Of a stretch of DNA of 64,000 nt, positions 39,306 to 47,834 are shown piece after piece. The notes below the pieces were generated by a model, which saw only the letters and a list, made by a program, of their open reading frames with translations, did no database searches and was not told the DNA's origin. The translations under genes were made by a program, and so were the position numbers. Source of the stretch: Chlorobiota bacterium. GTDB taxonomy: Bacteria; Bacteroidota; Ignavibacteria; Kapaibacteriales; NICIL-2. The first letter of the stretch is position 1. Every line of letters starts with the position of its first letter. The stretch lies in NCBI GenBank assembly GCA_026416585.1, contig JAOAEV010000109.1, forward strand, positions 12,261 to 76,260. Reading direction: 5' to 3'.

Positions 39306-41311
39306 GTGTCCGCATGTTCTCCATTGGTGTGCTGAAGTGTACTGTCGTGCTTGTATCTGTGCTCACTATTGATGCGGTCAGTCAAAACACCTATCGAGTC
39401 ATTCTTGCAGATAAAGGAACCAGCCCGTTTCTGCCAGGTAGCTCACTCTATCGCGCAACCGAAGCACTCTTGACACCACGAGCACTCCAGCGACGAGCGA
39501 AAGTTCTTCCACCAGACTCATTGATTTCGTTTCGCGATGCTCCGATCTACGAACCATACGTCACTGATATCGAACGGAGTGGAGCACGCACGTTACTTCG
39601 GCTGCGATGGCGGAATTATCTCGTCGTTGAATGTGACAGTACAACTGCAGCACTACTTGCGACCAAACCCTACGTCGCCCGCGTTGAGCCAACGAGTGCA
39701 GTCCTTCGCGCACAGCAGTATAGGGACAGAATCCCAGACTATCTCATCAGTGAGATGTACCGTTACGGTGCATCTGAGTCCGCGTTGCGAATGCTCGGCA
39801 TACCAGCACTGCACGAGTGCGGTATTAGTGGGCTCGATGTTCTTGTCGGTGTCATAGATACTGGTTTCCGTTGGCGCTCCCACCGTGCATTCGATGGTTT
39901 GTCGGTTGTTGCCGAGCGCGATTTTATTCAGCTCGATAGTAATACCGCTAACGAAGAAGGCGATCACATCAATCAGGATAGTCATGGTACCGCCGTGCTA
40001 TCGGTCATGGCGAGTTGGTTTCCGGATTCGCTCGTCGGTACAACTCCATGTGCGAGCTACCTGCTGGCGAAAACGGAGAACATCTGGTGGGAACGCCGTA
40101 TAGAAGAAGATGCCTTAGGTGCGGCACTTGAGTGGATGGAAGCGCTCGGTGTGGATGTGGTCAACATTTCGCTTGGCTACTCTGTATTCGACTCGACTGA
40201 ATCGCAGTATCCTGAAGGTGCATTGGATGGCAAAACCACAATAGTCGCCAGAGCAGTTGAAGATGCTTCCCGCCGTGGCGTCGTGTGCGTTGTCGCCGCT
40301 GGTAATAGCGGCAATTCTCCCTCGACTATCTCCTCTCCTGGTGATGCACCAAGTGCAATTACTGTCGGTGCTGTGGCTGATACAGCACTGAACATACCAC
40401 GATTTACCAGCAGAGGACCAACCGCCGATGGACGACTCAAACCGGATGTTGCAGCACTCGGTGTCAACGTTCGTTCGACGTCGAACGCCGATCCAACCGC
40501 GTTCGGTTACGCCTCGGGGACTTCCTTAGCTGCACCGCAGATCACCGGTAGCATAGCTCTGTTGCTTGACGCGTATCCGGAGCTCCGTCCATCGGAAGTT
40601 CGCATGTTGCTCACACATCACGCATCCCATCGCGATAGTCCCAATGTTGCAATCGGCTACGGTGTCCCGAATATTTACGAAGCAGCCGTCAGCTGGGACA
40701 TACTTTGCTCAAAGCCTATCGTTATTCCGCAGGGCGATAGTATCCTTGTCGGTATTGTTGCAACGAGTACAAGTGGGATTACATCTGCTACCCTTGCCAT
40801 TGAGTTAGAAGGCACGACGACATATCTATCGCTTCGCCCCTCGAATTACTCTCGGCTATGGTGGATTCGGCTGCCGCGTAGTGCTGACACGTTGCACTGC
40901 TGGTTTGGATTAACCGATGAAAATCGGTATCGGCGGTACCCCCGGGCAGGGACGTTTCGATTGCCGACACACGACACACTGCTTCCCTGCCGATGGCATA
41001 CAGAACGCATCACTCTCGCAACAATTGAATCACCTAACACCACGTCAGGGCAGGAACGCTGGATTGCACTCCCTGCAGAGTCTGCCGTGCTACCAGTGCC
41101 GATATTGGAGTCACCAGCGCAGGTGCATATTTTGGACATGACTGGACGCACTGTTACGAGTGTTACCATCGATCCATTTACTCGTTCAGTTACACTGCCG
41201 AGACTCGCTGCCGGCGTGTACGCAGTGTTCTTCGAGGCGTTGCACAACACATCGTATCAGCGCTTACCGAGTGCAGGACATCGTATATCGCTTTTTATCC
41301 TGCTATACTGA
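39302..41311 (+). CDS. S8 subtilisin-family serine peptidase with a T9SS C-terminal sorting domain
   Basis: It has a signal peptide and the catalytic triad motifs VGVIDTGF (Asp), HGTAV (His) and GTSLAAP (Ser). The C-terminus matches the Por-secretion-tail pattern (VHILDMTGRTVTSVTID...LAAGVYAVFFEA). Confidence 0.8.
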   Translation: MSVRMFSIGVLKCTVVLVSVLTIDAVSQNTYRVILADKGTSPFLPGSSLYRATEALLTPRALQRRAKVLPPDSLISFRDAPIYEPYVTDIERSGARTLLRLRWRNYLVVECDSTTAALLATKPYVARVEPTSAVLRAQQYRDRIPDYLISEMYRYGASESALRMLGIPALHECGISGLDVLVGVIDTGFRWRSHRAFDGLSVVAERDFIQLDSNTANEEGDHINQDSHGTAVLSVMASWFPDSLVGTTPCASYLLAKTENIWWERRIEEDALGAALEWMEALGVDVVNISLGYSVFDSTESQYPEGALDGKTTIVARAVEDASRRGVVCVVAAGNSGNSPSTISSPGDAPSAITVGAVADTALNIPRFTSRGPTADGRLKPDVAALGVNVRSTSNADPTAFGYASGTSLAAPQITGSIALLLDAYPELRPSEVRMLLTHHASHRDSPNVAIGYGVPNIYEAAVSWDILCSKPIVIPQGDSILVGIVATSTSGITSATLAIELEGTTTYLSLRPSNYSRLWWIRLPRSADTLHCWFGLTDENRYRRYPRAGTFRLPTHDTLLPCRWHTERITLATIESPNTTSGQERWIALPAESAVLPVPILESPAQVHILDMTGRTVTSVTIDPFTRSVTLPRLAAGVYAVFFEALHNTSYQRLPSAGHRISLFILLY

Positions 41312-41994
41312 TGGCAAAGACAGTACTCATCACAGGCGCAGCCGGCGGTCTCGGCATTCACGTGACTCAAACATTTGCCGAACACCAGTGGCATATTATC
41401 GCCACTGTTCTCAACAACAAAGAACGTGAGCATCTGACGGACATTGCCCGCTGCACGGTTGTTGAATGTGATGTGACCACCCCCGAGTCCGTCGAGTCCT
41501 TGCAGCCTCAACTACCCAATTCGCTTGATGCCGTCGTACACCTCGTTGGTGGCATTGCCGCAGTACGTGACATCGAAGAGACAACGCACGATGATTTTTA
41601 TCGACTGTGGAAGCTAAACACACTCAGCACATATCTTCTTCTTCGAGCTACAGTCCCATTGCTCAAACAAAGTGCAGGAGCGTTTATTGCAATTGGGGCA
41701 CGTGCCGTTGCACATCCTGAACCACAAAAAGCACTCTACGCCGCCACGAAAGCAGCACTGGTGCAGTTGGTTTTGACAGTTGCAGAAGAAGGACGTCCGT
41801 TTGGTATGCGTGCAAACGTGATTTTGCCAAGTATCATCCGCACACCAGCAAATCTTCAGTGGGCGCCCGAGGGCGAAGAGCAACGATGGGTACCACCCGA
41901 TGATATTGCCCAATGCATTTACGCACTTTGCAGTGACAGTGGCCGCGGCGTGACCGGCTGCATTATTCCGATGTACGGCAAAATCCCCGCGTAG
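41311..41994 (+). CDS. Short-chain dehydrogenase/reductase (SDR) family oxidoreductase
   Basis: It has the cofactor motif TGAAGGLGIHV and the active-site YAATKAA (YxxxK). Its start overlaps the protease stop. Confidence 0.7.
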   Translation: MAKTVLITGAAGGLGIHVTQTFAEHQWHIIATVLNNKEREHLTDIARCTVVECDVTTPESVESLQPQLPNSLDAVVHLVGGIAAVRDIEETTHDDFYRLWKLNTLSTYLLLRATVPLLKQSAGAFIAIGARAVAHPEPQKALYAATKAALVQLVLTVAEEGRPFGMRANVILPSIIRTPANLQWAPEGEEQRWVPPDDIAQCIYALCSDSGRGVTGCIIPMYGKIPA

Positions 41995-42022
41995 ATAGGG
42001 AGGATTTAGCTACCCACGACAG

Positions 42023-45000
42023 CTATGAGCAGCCCACGATCAGTGTCGCATCCGAAAACGCACGCTGCAGAATCTCAGCTTGTTCCTGGTTGTGTACGAC
42101 AAACGATCCTGTTGCAGGACTTGCCGCACGTGGACGTCCAGCATAGTAAAGCTTTCGCCCTTTGCCTAAAAGTGGAATAAGCTGCTCAAGCATGTACTGC
42201 CACGCGCCCATGTTCATCGGTTCTTCTTGTGCCCACACGATCTGCTGAGCGGATGGATAACGTGCCAATACGCGCTCCAACTGCTCCGTCGCAAGTGGAT
42301 ACAGCTGCTCGATCCGGATAATCGCAACGCTGTCGTCCAACCCAGCACGCCGACGTTCCGCTGCCAATTCATAGTAGAACATGCCGCTGCAGAGAATCAC
42401 ACGCTCGACACGCTTGGTATCGCGAATATCCATATCATCGAGGATCTCGCAGTAATGCCCACTGACAAGCTCTGCAAGCGGAGAAGCGACTTTGCGCAAG
42501 TAACCTTTAGGCGTCATCAACACAAGAGGTTTACGCCACGGTGCAACTACCTGGCGTCGCAAGGCGTGAAATAGCTGTGCAGGGGTCGTCAAAAAACATA
42601 CGAACATGTTTTCGTCCCCACACAGTTGGAGGTACCGCTCCAACCGAGCACTGGAATGTTCCGGACCTTGACCATCGTAGCCATGTGGCAACAGTAATAC
42701 CAAATTGGAAACCTGCCCCCACTTTTCTTCACCGCTCGAAATGAATTGATCTATAACAATTTGTGCGCCGTTGGCAAAATCACCAAATTGTGCTTCCCAC
42801 AGCGTCAAACCGCGCGTTCGAATGGTACTGTAGCCGTACTCGAAGCCGAGTACAGCATACTCCGACAGTGGGCTATTGTAGATATGAAGTGGCTCTTGAT
42901 CAGGCGATAAATGATTGAGCGGAATATAGATCGAGTCCGTTTCGACGTCGTGCAGCACTGCTTGCCGGTGGTTGAACGTACCGCGTTGCGAATCTTGACC
43001 GGAAAGCCGAACAGGTCTGCGTTCGAGCAGCAGTGACCCTATTGCCAACGCTTCTGCTGTTCCCCACCAGACTTGCGATGAGAGCGACTCAACCTGCGCA
43101 CGACGGCGCTTGAGCTCCTCGGCAACTTTGGGATGAACGTTGAAGCCTTCCGGAACCTCCGTTATGCGAGAACCAATTCTTTGGAGTGTTTCGATCGGCA
43201 CTGATGTCGGAACCGCTGCAAGCAGGTTGTGTTCTTCACGCTGTGGCAATGCACCCCCTGCGCGTATGTGAATGCGGCGATCGAATGCCTCCTGTAAGAG
43301 TGACTGATATTCTTTGGTAATGCGATCAGCTTCCTCTTCGGTCAGGACACCGTCGGTGATCAATTCCTTGCGATAGCGCTTCCGTACCGCCTCTTGGTTG
43401 CGAATCTTGCGATAGAGTAATGGTTGTGTTGCCGTTGGGTCATCACCTTCATTATGACCGTACTTTCTGTAGCAGTAGATGTCAATAACCACATCTTCGC
43501 CGAATTGCTGCCGGTAGTTGAAAGCAAACTCGATAGCAGCAATACATGCTTCAGGGGAATCGCCATTGACATGGAGTATCGGAACCTGGACGAATTTGGC
43601 AATCCCACTCGAATATGGGGTCGAGCGTCCATCCTCTGGCGAGGTCGTAAAACCAATTTGGTTATTAATGATGATATGGATGGTTCCGCCTGTCCTGTAT
43701 CCATGCAGCCGCATCAGGTTGAACGTTTCTTGAACAACCCCCTGCCCGGCGAACGCAGCATCACCGTGGATTAGAATTGGTAGAACAGAGCTATACGAGC
43801 GGTCGTTCGCCTCATCGCAGAGAGCACGAGCCATACCTTCGACGATCGGATTAACTGCTTCCAAGTGACTTGGATTAGGTGCGAGGACAACAGAAACCTC
43901 TGTTCCACCATTGGCACGAATGATCGCCTGCGCGCCAAGGTGATATTTGACGTCACCACTTCCTTGGACCGCCTCAGAGTCGAATACACCCTCGAACTCA
44001 TTGAAGATCTTCTCTGGCTTTTTGCCGAGAATGTTGACCAGGACGTTCAGTCTGCCACGATGCGCCATCCCAATAACAGCCCCTTTCAACCCAGCTCGCG
44101 AAGCCAACGTGAGCAGCATATCGAGCGTAGGAATAGACGACTCACCTCCTTCAATCGAGAATCGTTTTGCACCAACAAATTTGGTATTGATAAACTGCTC
44201 AAGCGTTTCTGCTTCGACAAGTTTCCTATAGATAGCTCGGCGCTCTTCTGATGTGAAGGTACGCTGGAAGCGTGTACTCTCAACATAGTCTTGAATCCAG
44301 AACTTTTGCTCCGGAGACTGAATGTGCATATACTCGATCCCGATGCGATCGCAGTAGGTCTGACGCAGCATCCGGAGAATCTCCCGCAGAGGGGCACGCT
44401 TGACACCGCCAAGTCCACCTGTATCGAAGTGGCGATCTAAGTCCCACATTGTTAGCCCGTAGTACGAAAGCTGCAGCTCTGGGTAGTGGTACGACTCATA
44501 ACCAAGCGGATTGATGTCGGCTGCCAGATGGCCTCGTACACGATACGCATTGATGAGCTTGTTGACAAGCGTTTCTTTTTCCAACTGTTCGTCTTTCTCT
44601 TGGGGACCAAATGGATCGAGACGATTGTCCTGGCTCCAACGATATGGATCGAACGGAATACCGAGTGATGCAAAAATTTGCTCATAGAAATTGTCCTCAC
44701 CTTTCAGTAATCGCTCAAGGTAACGCAGGAATTCTCCCGACTCAGCTCCCTGGATAATGCGGTGGTCGTAGGTACTGGTGATCGTCATGACTTTGCTGAC
44801 CGCCAGCGTTACCAGCACCTCCGGTATGACTGCGTTGAAGGATGCTGGATATCCTATTGAACCAGTGGCAATAATCAGACCCTGTCCTTCCATCAGTCGC
44901 GGCATGGACATGATCGTGCCAATCATCCCCGGGTTAGTCAATGTTACCGTCGTTCCGCTGAGATCCTCGACGCTGAGTTTACTGGTGCGCGCTTTCTCAA

Positions 45001-45658
45001 TGAGACGGTCGTACTCTTGAATAAACTCACCAAACGACAACTTTTCAGCCGATTTAATGGATGGGACGACCAAGACACGTGTTCCATCAGGACGAACCGT
45101 ATCTACTGCTAATCCCAGATTGATCGAGGAACGATGTACTCGGTAGTACTCACCCTCGGGCGATTGATAGCATGCATCGTTGAGCTGAGAATACTTCCGT
45201 AACGACCGCACGATCGCCCACGCAATGATGTGTGTATAGCTGATTTTGCCTCGATGCGTACGCGCCAAGTGATCGTTGATCAACAACCGATTTTCCTCGA
45301 GAACTTTGACAGGGATGTCGCGCACCGATGTCGCTGTGGGCACGCGCAAGCTGTTGGCCATGTTTTGTGCAATGCGGCTGCTGATACCCGTCATTGGGAG
45401 AAGTTGCTCTCCCTCAGCAATCGGAGGAAGTCCTCTCGTAGTGTGCTCCTTTGATAGTGCCTGCTGACGCGATAGAGCTTGCTCGGTTACCGGTCCATTG
45501 CGAGGTTGTCCGATGCCATTTGCTCCGTGTTGGCGGAAATACTCTTGCCACTCCGGACTAACTGAGTTCGGATCGCGCAGATATTGGAAGTAGAGTTCCT
45601 CGACGTACACGTCATTAGGTGAAAACATTCCAGCAGCTTGCAGTGTGTCGTCGTTCAT
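42023..45658 (-). CDS. sucA: 2-oxoglutarate dehydrogenase E1 component of the Kgd/OdhA type, with an internal E2 (acyltransferase catalytic) domain
   Basis: It is 1211 aa. The 2-oxoglutarate dehydrogenase N-terminal motif (YVEELYFQYLRDPNSVSPEWQEYF) is followed by a 2-oxoacid dehydrogenase acyltransferase catalytic domain (TLTNPGMIG...STYDHRIIQGAESGEFL), then the TPP-binding E1 core (GMAHRGRLNVLVN, transketolase-like domains). I saw no lipoyl domain. Confidence 0.85.
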   Translation of the reverse strand: MNDDTLQAAGMFSPNDVYVEELYFQYLRDPNSVSPEWQEYFRQHGANGIGQPRNGPVTEQALSRQQALSKEHTTRGLPPIAEGEQLLPMTGISSRIAQNMANSLRVPTATSVRDIPVKVLEENRLLINDHLARTHRGKISYTHIIAWAIVRSLRKYSQLNDACYQSPEGEYYRVHRSSINLGLAVDTVRPDGTRVLVVPSIKSAEKLSFGEFIQEYDRLIEKARTSKLSVEDLSGTTVTLTNPGMIGTIMSMPRLMEGQGLIIATGSIGYPASFNAVIPEVLVTLAVSKVMTITSTYDHRIIQGAESGEFLRYLERLLKGEDNFYEQIFASLGIPFDPYRWSQDNRLDPFGPQEKDEQLEKETLVNKLINAYRVRGHLAADINPLGYESYHYPELQLSYYGLTMWDLDRHFDTGGLGGVKRAPLREILRMLRQTYCDRIGIEYMHIQSPEQKFWIQDYVESTRFQRTFTSEERRAIYRKLVEAETLEQFINTKFVGAKRFSIEGGESSIPTLDMLLTLASRAGLKGAVIGMAHRGRLNVLVNILGKKPEKIFNEFEGVFDSEAVQGSGDVKYHLGAQAIIRANGGTEVSVVLAPNPSHLEAVNPIVEGMARALCDEANDRSYSSVLPILIHGDAAFAGQGVVQETFNLMRLHGYRTGGTIHIIINNQIGFTTSPEDGRSTPYSSGIAKFVQVPILHVNGDSPEACIAAIEFAFNYRQQFGEDVVIDIYCYRKYGHNEGDDPTATQPLLYRKIRNQEAVRKRYRKELITDGVLTEEEADRITKEYQSLLQEAFDRRIHIRAGGALPQREEHNLLAAVPTSVPIETLQRIGSRITEVPEGFNVHPKVAEELKRRRAQVESLSSQVWWGTAEALAIGSLLLERRPVRLSGQDSQRGTFNHRQAVLHDVETDSIYIPLNHLSPDQEPLHIYNSPLSEYAVLGFEYGYSTIRTRGLTLWEAQFGDFANGAQIVIDQFISSGEEKWGQVSNLVLLLPHGYDGQGPEHSSARLERYLQLCGDENMFVCFLTTPAQLFHALRRQVVAPWRKPLVLMTPKGYLRKVASPLAELVSGHYCEILDDMDIRDTKRVERVILCSGMFYYELAAERRRAGLDDSVAIIRIEQLYPLATEQLERVLARYPSAQQIVWAQEEPMNMGAWQYMLEQLIPLLGKGRKLYYAGRPRAASPATGSFVVHNQEQAEILQRAFSDATLIVGCS

Positions 45659-45837
45659 TCCAATTCAAAACTACGGTCAAACACATTATTTCAGCTCGCT
45701 GACGTGCTGCTTGGCTACAACAAGAGGATACGAAACGAGCTGTGCGAGATTCTGATTGTAAAGACGTCTTATTAGCTACCTTCGTCTTGCGTAGGCGATA
45801 TTTGCACTGGCGTTTTTTCGATTGAAAAGCATATTGC

Positions 45838-47769
45838 ATGCCAACTCGACAGATTGTGCTACTCGTGTTCATCATTGCACCGGTTGCCATCGCACAGACA
45901 ATGGCGCCATTTCAGCGCGAACTTCTTGGCGTTTCACTTCGTGGAATCTACGCTGCACTCCAGCACAGTCCCAATTTTTCAGCACTCCCTGGAACCGTTG
46001 ATTGCGGAACATACACCCAAGGGCGCGGTAGCGCGGTAGGAGCAGCATTGACTGCCGAGTATCCGATTACTCCGTCGTTTCATCTCGGTTTGGGTGCACT
46101 CTACATCAACCGTGGAGGCACGCTCAATACACCAAACGACGTTGAGCCAGCATTTGATAGTACCACAAGTTCGATCGTTGACGTTGTCAGCGAAAACACG
46201 CTCGAGGTACACGCTGAGTATGTAGAACTAGCACCGACTGTATGGTGGACTCCGTTGACCCTTGGTCGTTCAACGGTGCGGCTCGATGCTGCTGTGCGTT
46301 TCGGCATTCCGCTCCGAGTTCAGATGCAGCAATTGCGCCGCATTGTATCACCAGAAAATGCGGTATTCATCAGCAATCAACAACGTGTAATCAACTGGAC
46401 AAATGGCTTCCAACCATTAAGTGATTTATCTCGTCCCACACTCGGCATATCCGTTGGGGCTGAACACATGCTCCCGATAGGGTCACGGTTACACCTTCTT
46501 CAACGCATCGGCTACGACTACATGCTTAGTTCGCCTGTGCGTTCGGTTCGCTGGACCATCAGTGGATTCCGTTTCGAGCTTGGTGTTCGGCTGTCGTTTG
46601 ATCGTGCAATGGAGCCACCGCAACAACCGACTCCGCCGTCCCCACCGGTTCTTGCTGATACACCGGTGATCCAACAACCTACACCCTTGCCCATTCCGTC
46701 GCTTGCTGTGCACATCGAGGGATTCGATGGATACATCGAGGAAGGCAATGAGCTAATCGCAACGTTGCCATTAGTCAATGCGGTCTTTTTCGAGCAGAAT
46801 TCCGCACAGATACCATCGCGGTATGCGCGCCGCCAAGCTGATAGCGTCGCGACTAACGATCCAGTCGTAGCACACCGCAACATCTTGCTGGTGGTAGCCG
46901 CAATCCTTCGAAGAAATCCCAACGCAAATGTTATTCTCGACGGAGCCACAGCCGGCGAATTTGAAACTGGAGATACGGCATTAGCACGACGTCGTGCAGA
47001 AGCGGTTGCCGATGCACTCGTTCAGCTTGGCGTACCACGCGAGCGTGTCCGCACGCGGTGGTCACGTCTTCCGCGTGTTGCATCGAATATGGACTATTCA
47101 GAAGGTCGCGCGGAAAATCAGCGCGTCGACATTACACTGGTCAATGCGCCCATACTCGAGTATGTTGCTAAGCGAACATTCTCACGGCTGAAGGGTGCAA
47201 CGCGAATTCATCTCAGCGGTAGTAATCTTGCAGGTGCTGAAATTCAAATCAGTGGTACAGGGATCGAACAGCGCACAGTCGGTGACACCGGCACCATTGA
47301 TCTTCCGCTTTCATTACGATTGGATACTGACAACCACAGCATGGAGATAATTGTTCAAGCAGCATTATCGGACAACACCGTAGTCACGCGCGATACAGCC
47401 GAGCTTGATTTGAGGCTTCTGCCACGACGCCGCGTCGAACTTTCTACGACGAACTTCGAGGCAATACTTCGATTCGATTACAACAGTAGCCAACTTTCTG
47501 CTGAAAACCGTGAATTGCTTCGTCAGTTAGTCGAGCGTATACCACCTGACGCAATGATCGAAATCGGCGGCAGCGCAGATGTTCTCGGTGACATCGCTCG
47601 AAACAGACGACTGGCAGAAGACCGTGCCCATATCACTGAAGAGTATCTCCGCACGCTATCGGGTAAGAACACGCTTCGGATTGTCGCCCGGGGTATCGAA
47701 CGGCGATTCGACGATTCGACTCCAGAAGGCAGATTTCTCAATCGTTCAATCCGTATCACGATTCGATAG
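45838..47769 (+). CDS. OmpA-family outer-membrane protein with an N-terminal beta-barrel, a Pro-rich linker and two tandem OmpA-like peptidoglycan-binding domains
   Basis: The signal peptide ends AIA|Q. Amphipathic beta-strands are followed by the linker EPPQQPTPPSPPVLADTPVIQQPTPLPIPS. The first OmpA-like domain has VFFEQNSAQI...RRRAEAVADAL...NQRVDITLV and the second has LRFDYNSSQLS...NRRLAEDRAHITEEYL...NRSIRITIR. Confidence 0.75.
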   Translation: MPTRQIVLLVFIIAPVAIAQTMAPFQRELLGVSLRGIYAALQHSPNFSALPGTVDCGTYTQGRGSAVGAALTAEYPITPSFHLGLGALYINRGGTLNTPNDVEPAFDSTTSSIVDVVSENTLEVHAEYVELAPTVWWTPLTLGRSTVRLDAAVRFGIPLRVQMQQLRRIVSPENAVFISNQQRVINWTNGFQPLSDLSRPTLGISVGAEHMLPIGSRLHLLQRIGYDYMLSSPVRSVRWTISGFRFELGVRLSFDRAMEPPQQPTPPSPPVLADTPVIQQPTPLPIPSLAVHIEGFDGYIEEGNELIATLPLVNAVFFEQNSAQIPSRYARRQADSVATNDPVVAHRNILLVVAAILRRNPNANVILDGATAGEFETGDTALARRRAEAVADALVQLGVPRERVRTRWSRLPRVASNMDYSEGRAENQRVDITLVNAPILEYVAKRTFSRLKGATRIHLSGSNLAGAEIQISGTGIEQRTVGDTGTIDLPLSLRLDTDNHSMEIIVQAALSDNTVVTRDTAELDLRLLPRRRVELSTTNFEAILRFDYNSSQLSAENRELLRQLVERIPPDAMIEIGGSADVLGDIARNRRLAEDRAHITEEYLRTLSGKNTLRIVARGIERRFDDSTPEGRFLNRSIRITIR

Positions 47770-47834
47770 CCGGGAAAATAGCTCTTGACACTCGTGCGTC
47801 TATCGTTGGCAATCAGCCAGCATCCAGGACTCCT

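Noticed and set aside
45659-45837. 179-nt intergenic region scanned for tRNA, riboswitch or terminator (weak AAGACG/CGTCTT stem, T6 run at about 45808)
   Set aside because: The stem is only 6 bp with a 16-nt loop, and the T-run is not preceded by a stable hairpin. It is most simply the divergent promoter region for the ompA-like and sucA genes.
47785-47813. TTGACA hexamer 45 nt upstream of the ABC exporter start, a possible sigma70 -35 element
   Set aside because: There is no convincing -10 element at 16-18 nt spacing. Promoter consensus in FCB-group bacteria also differs from that of E. coli, so I did not call it.
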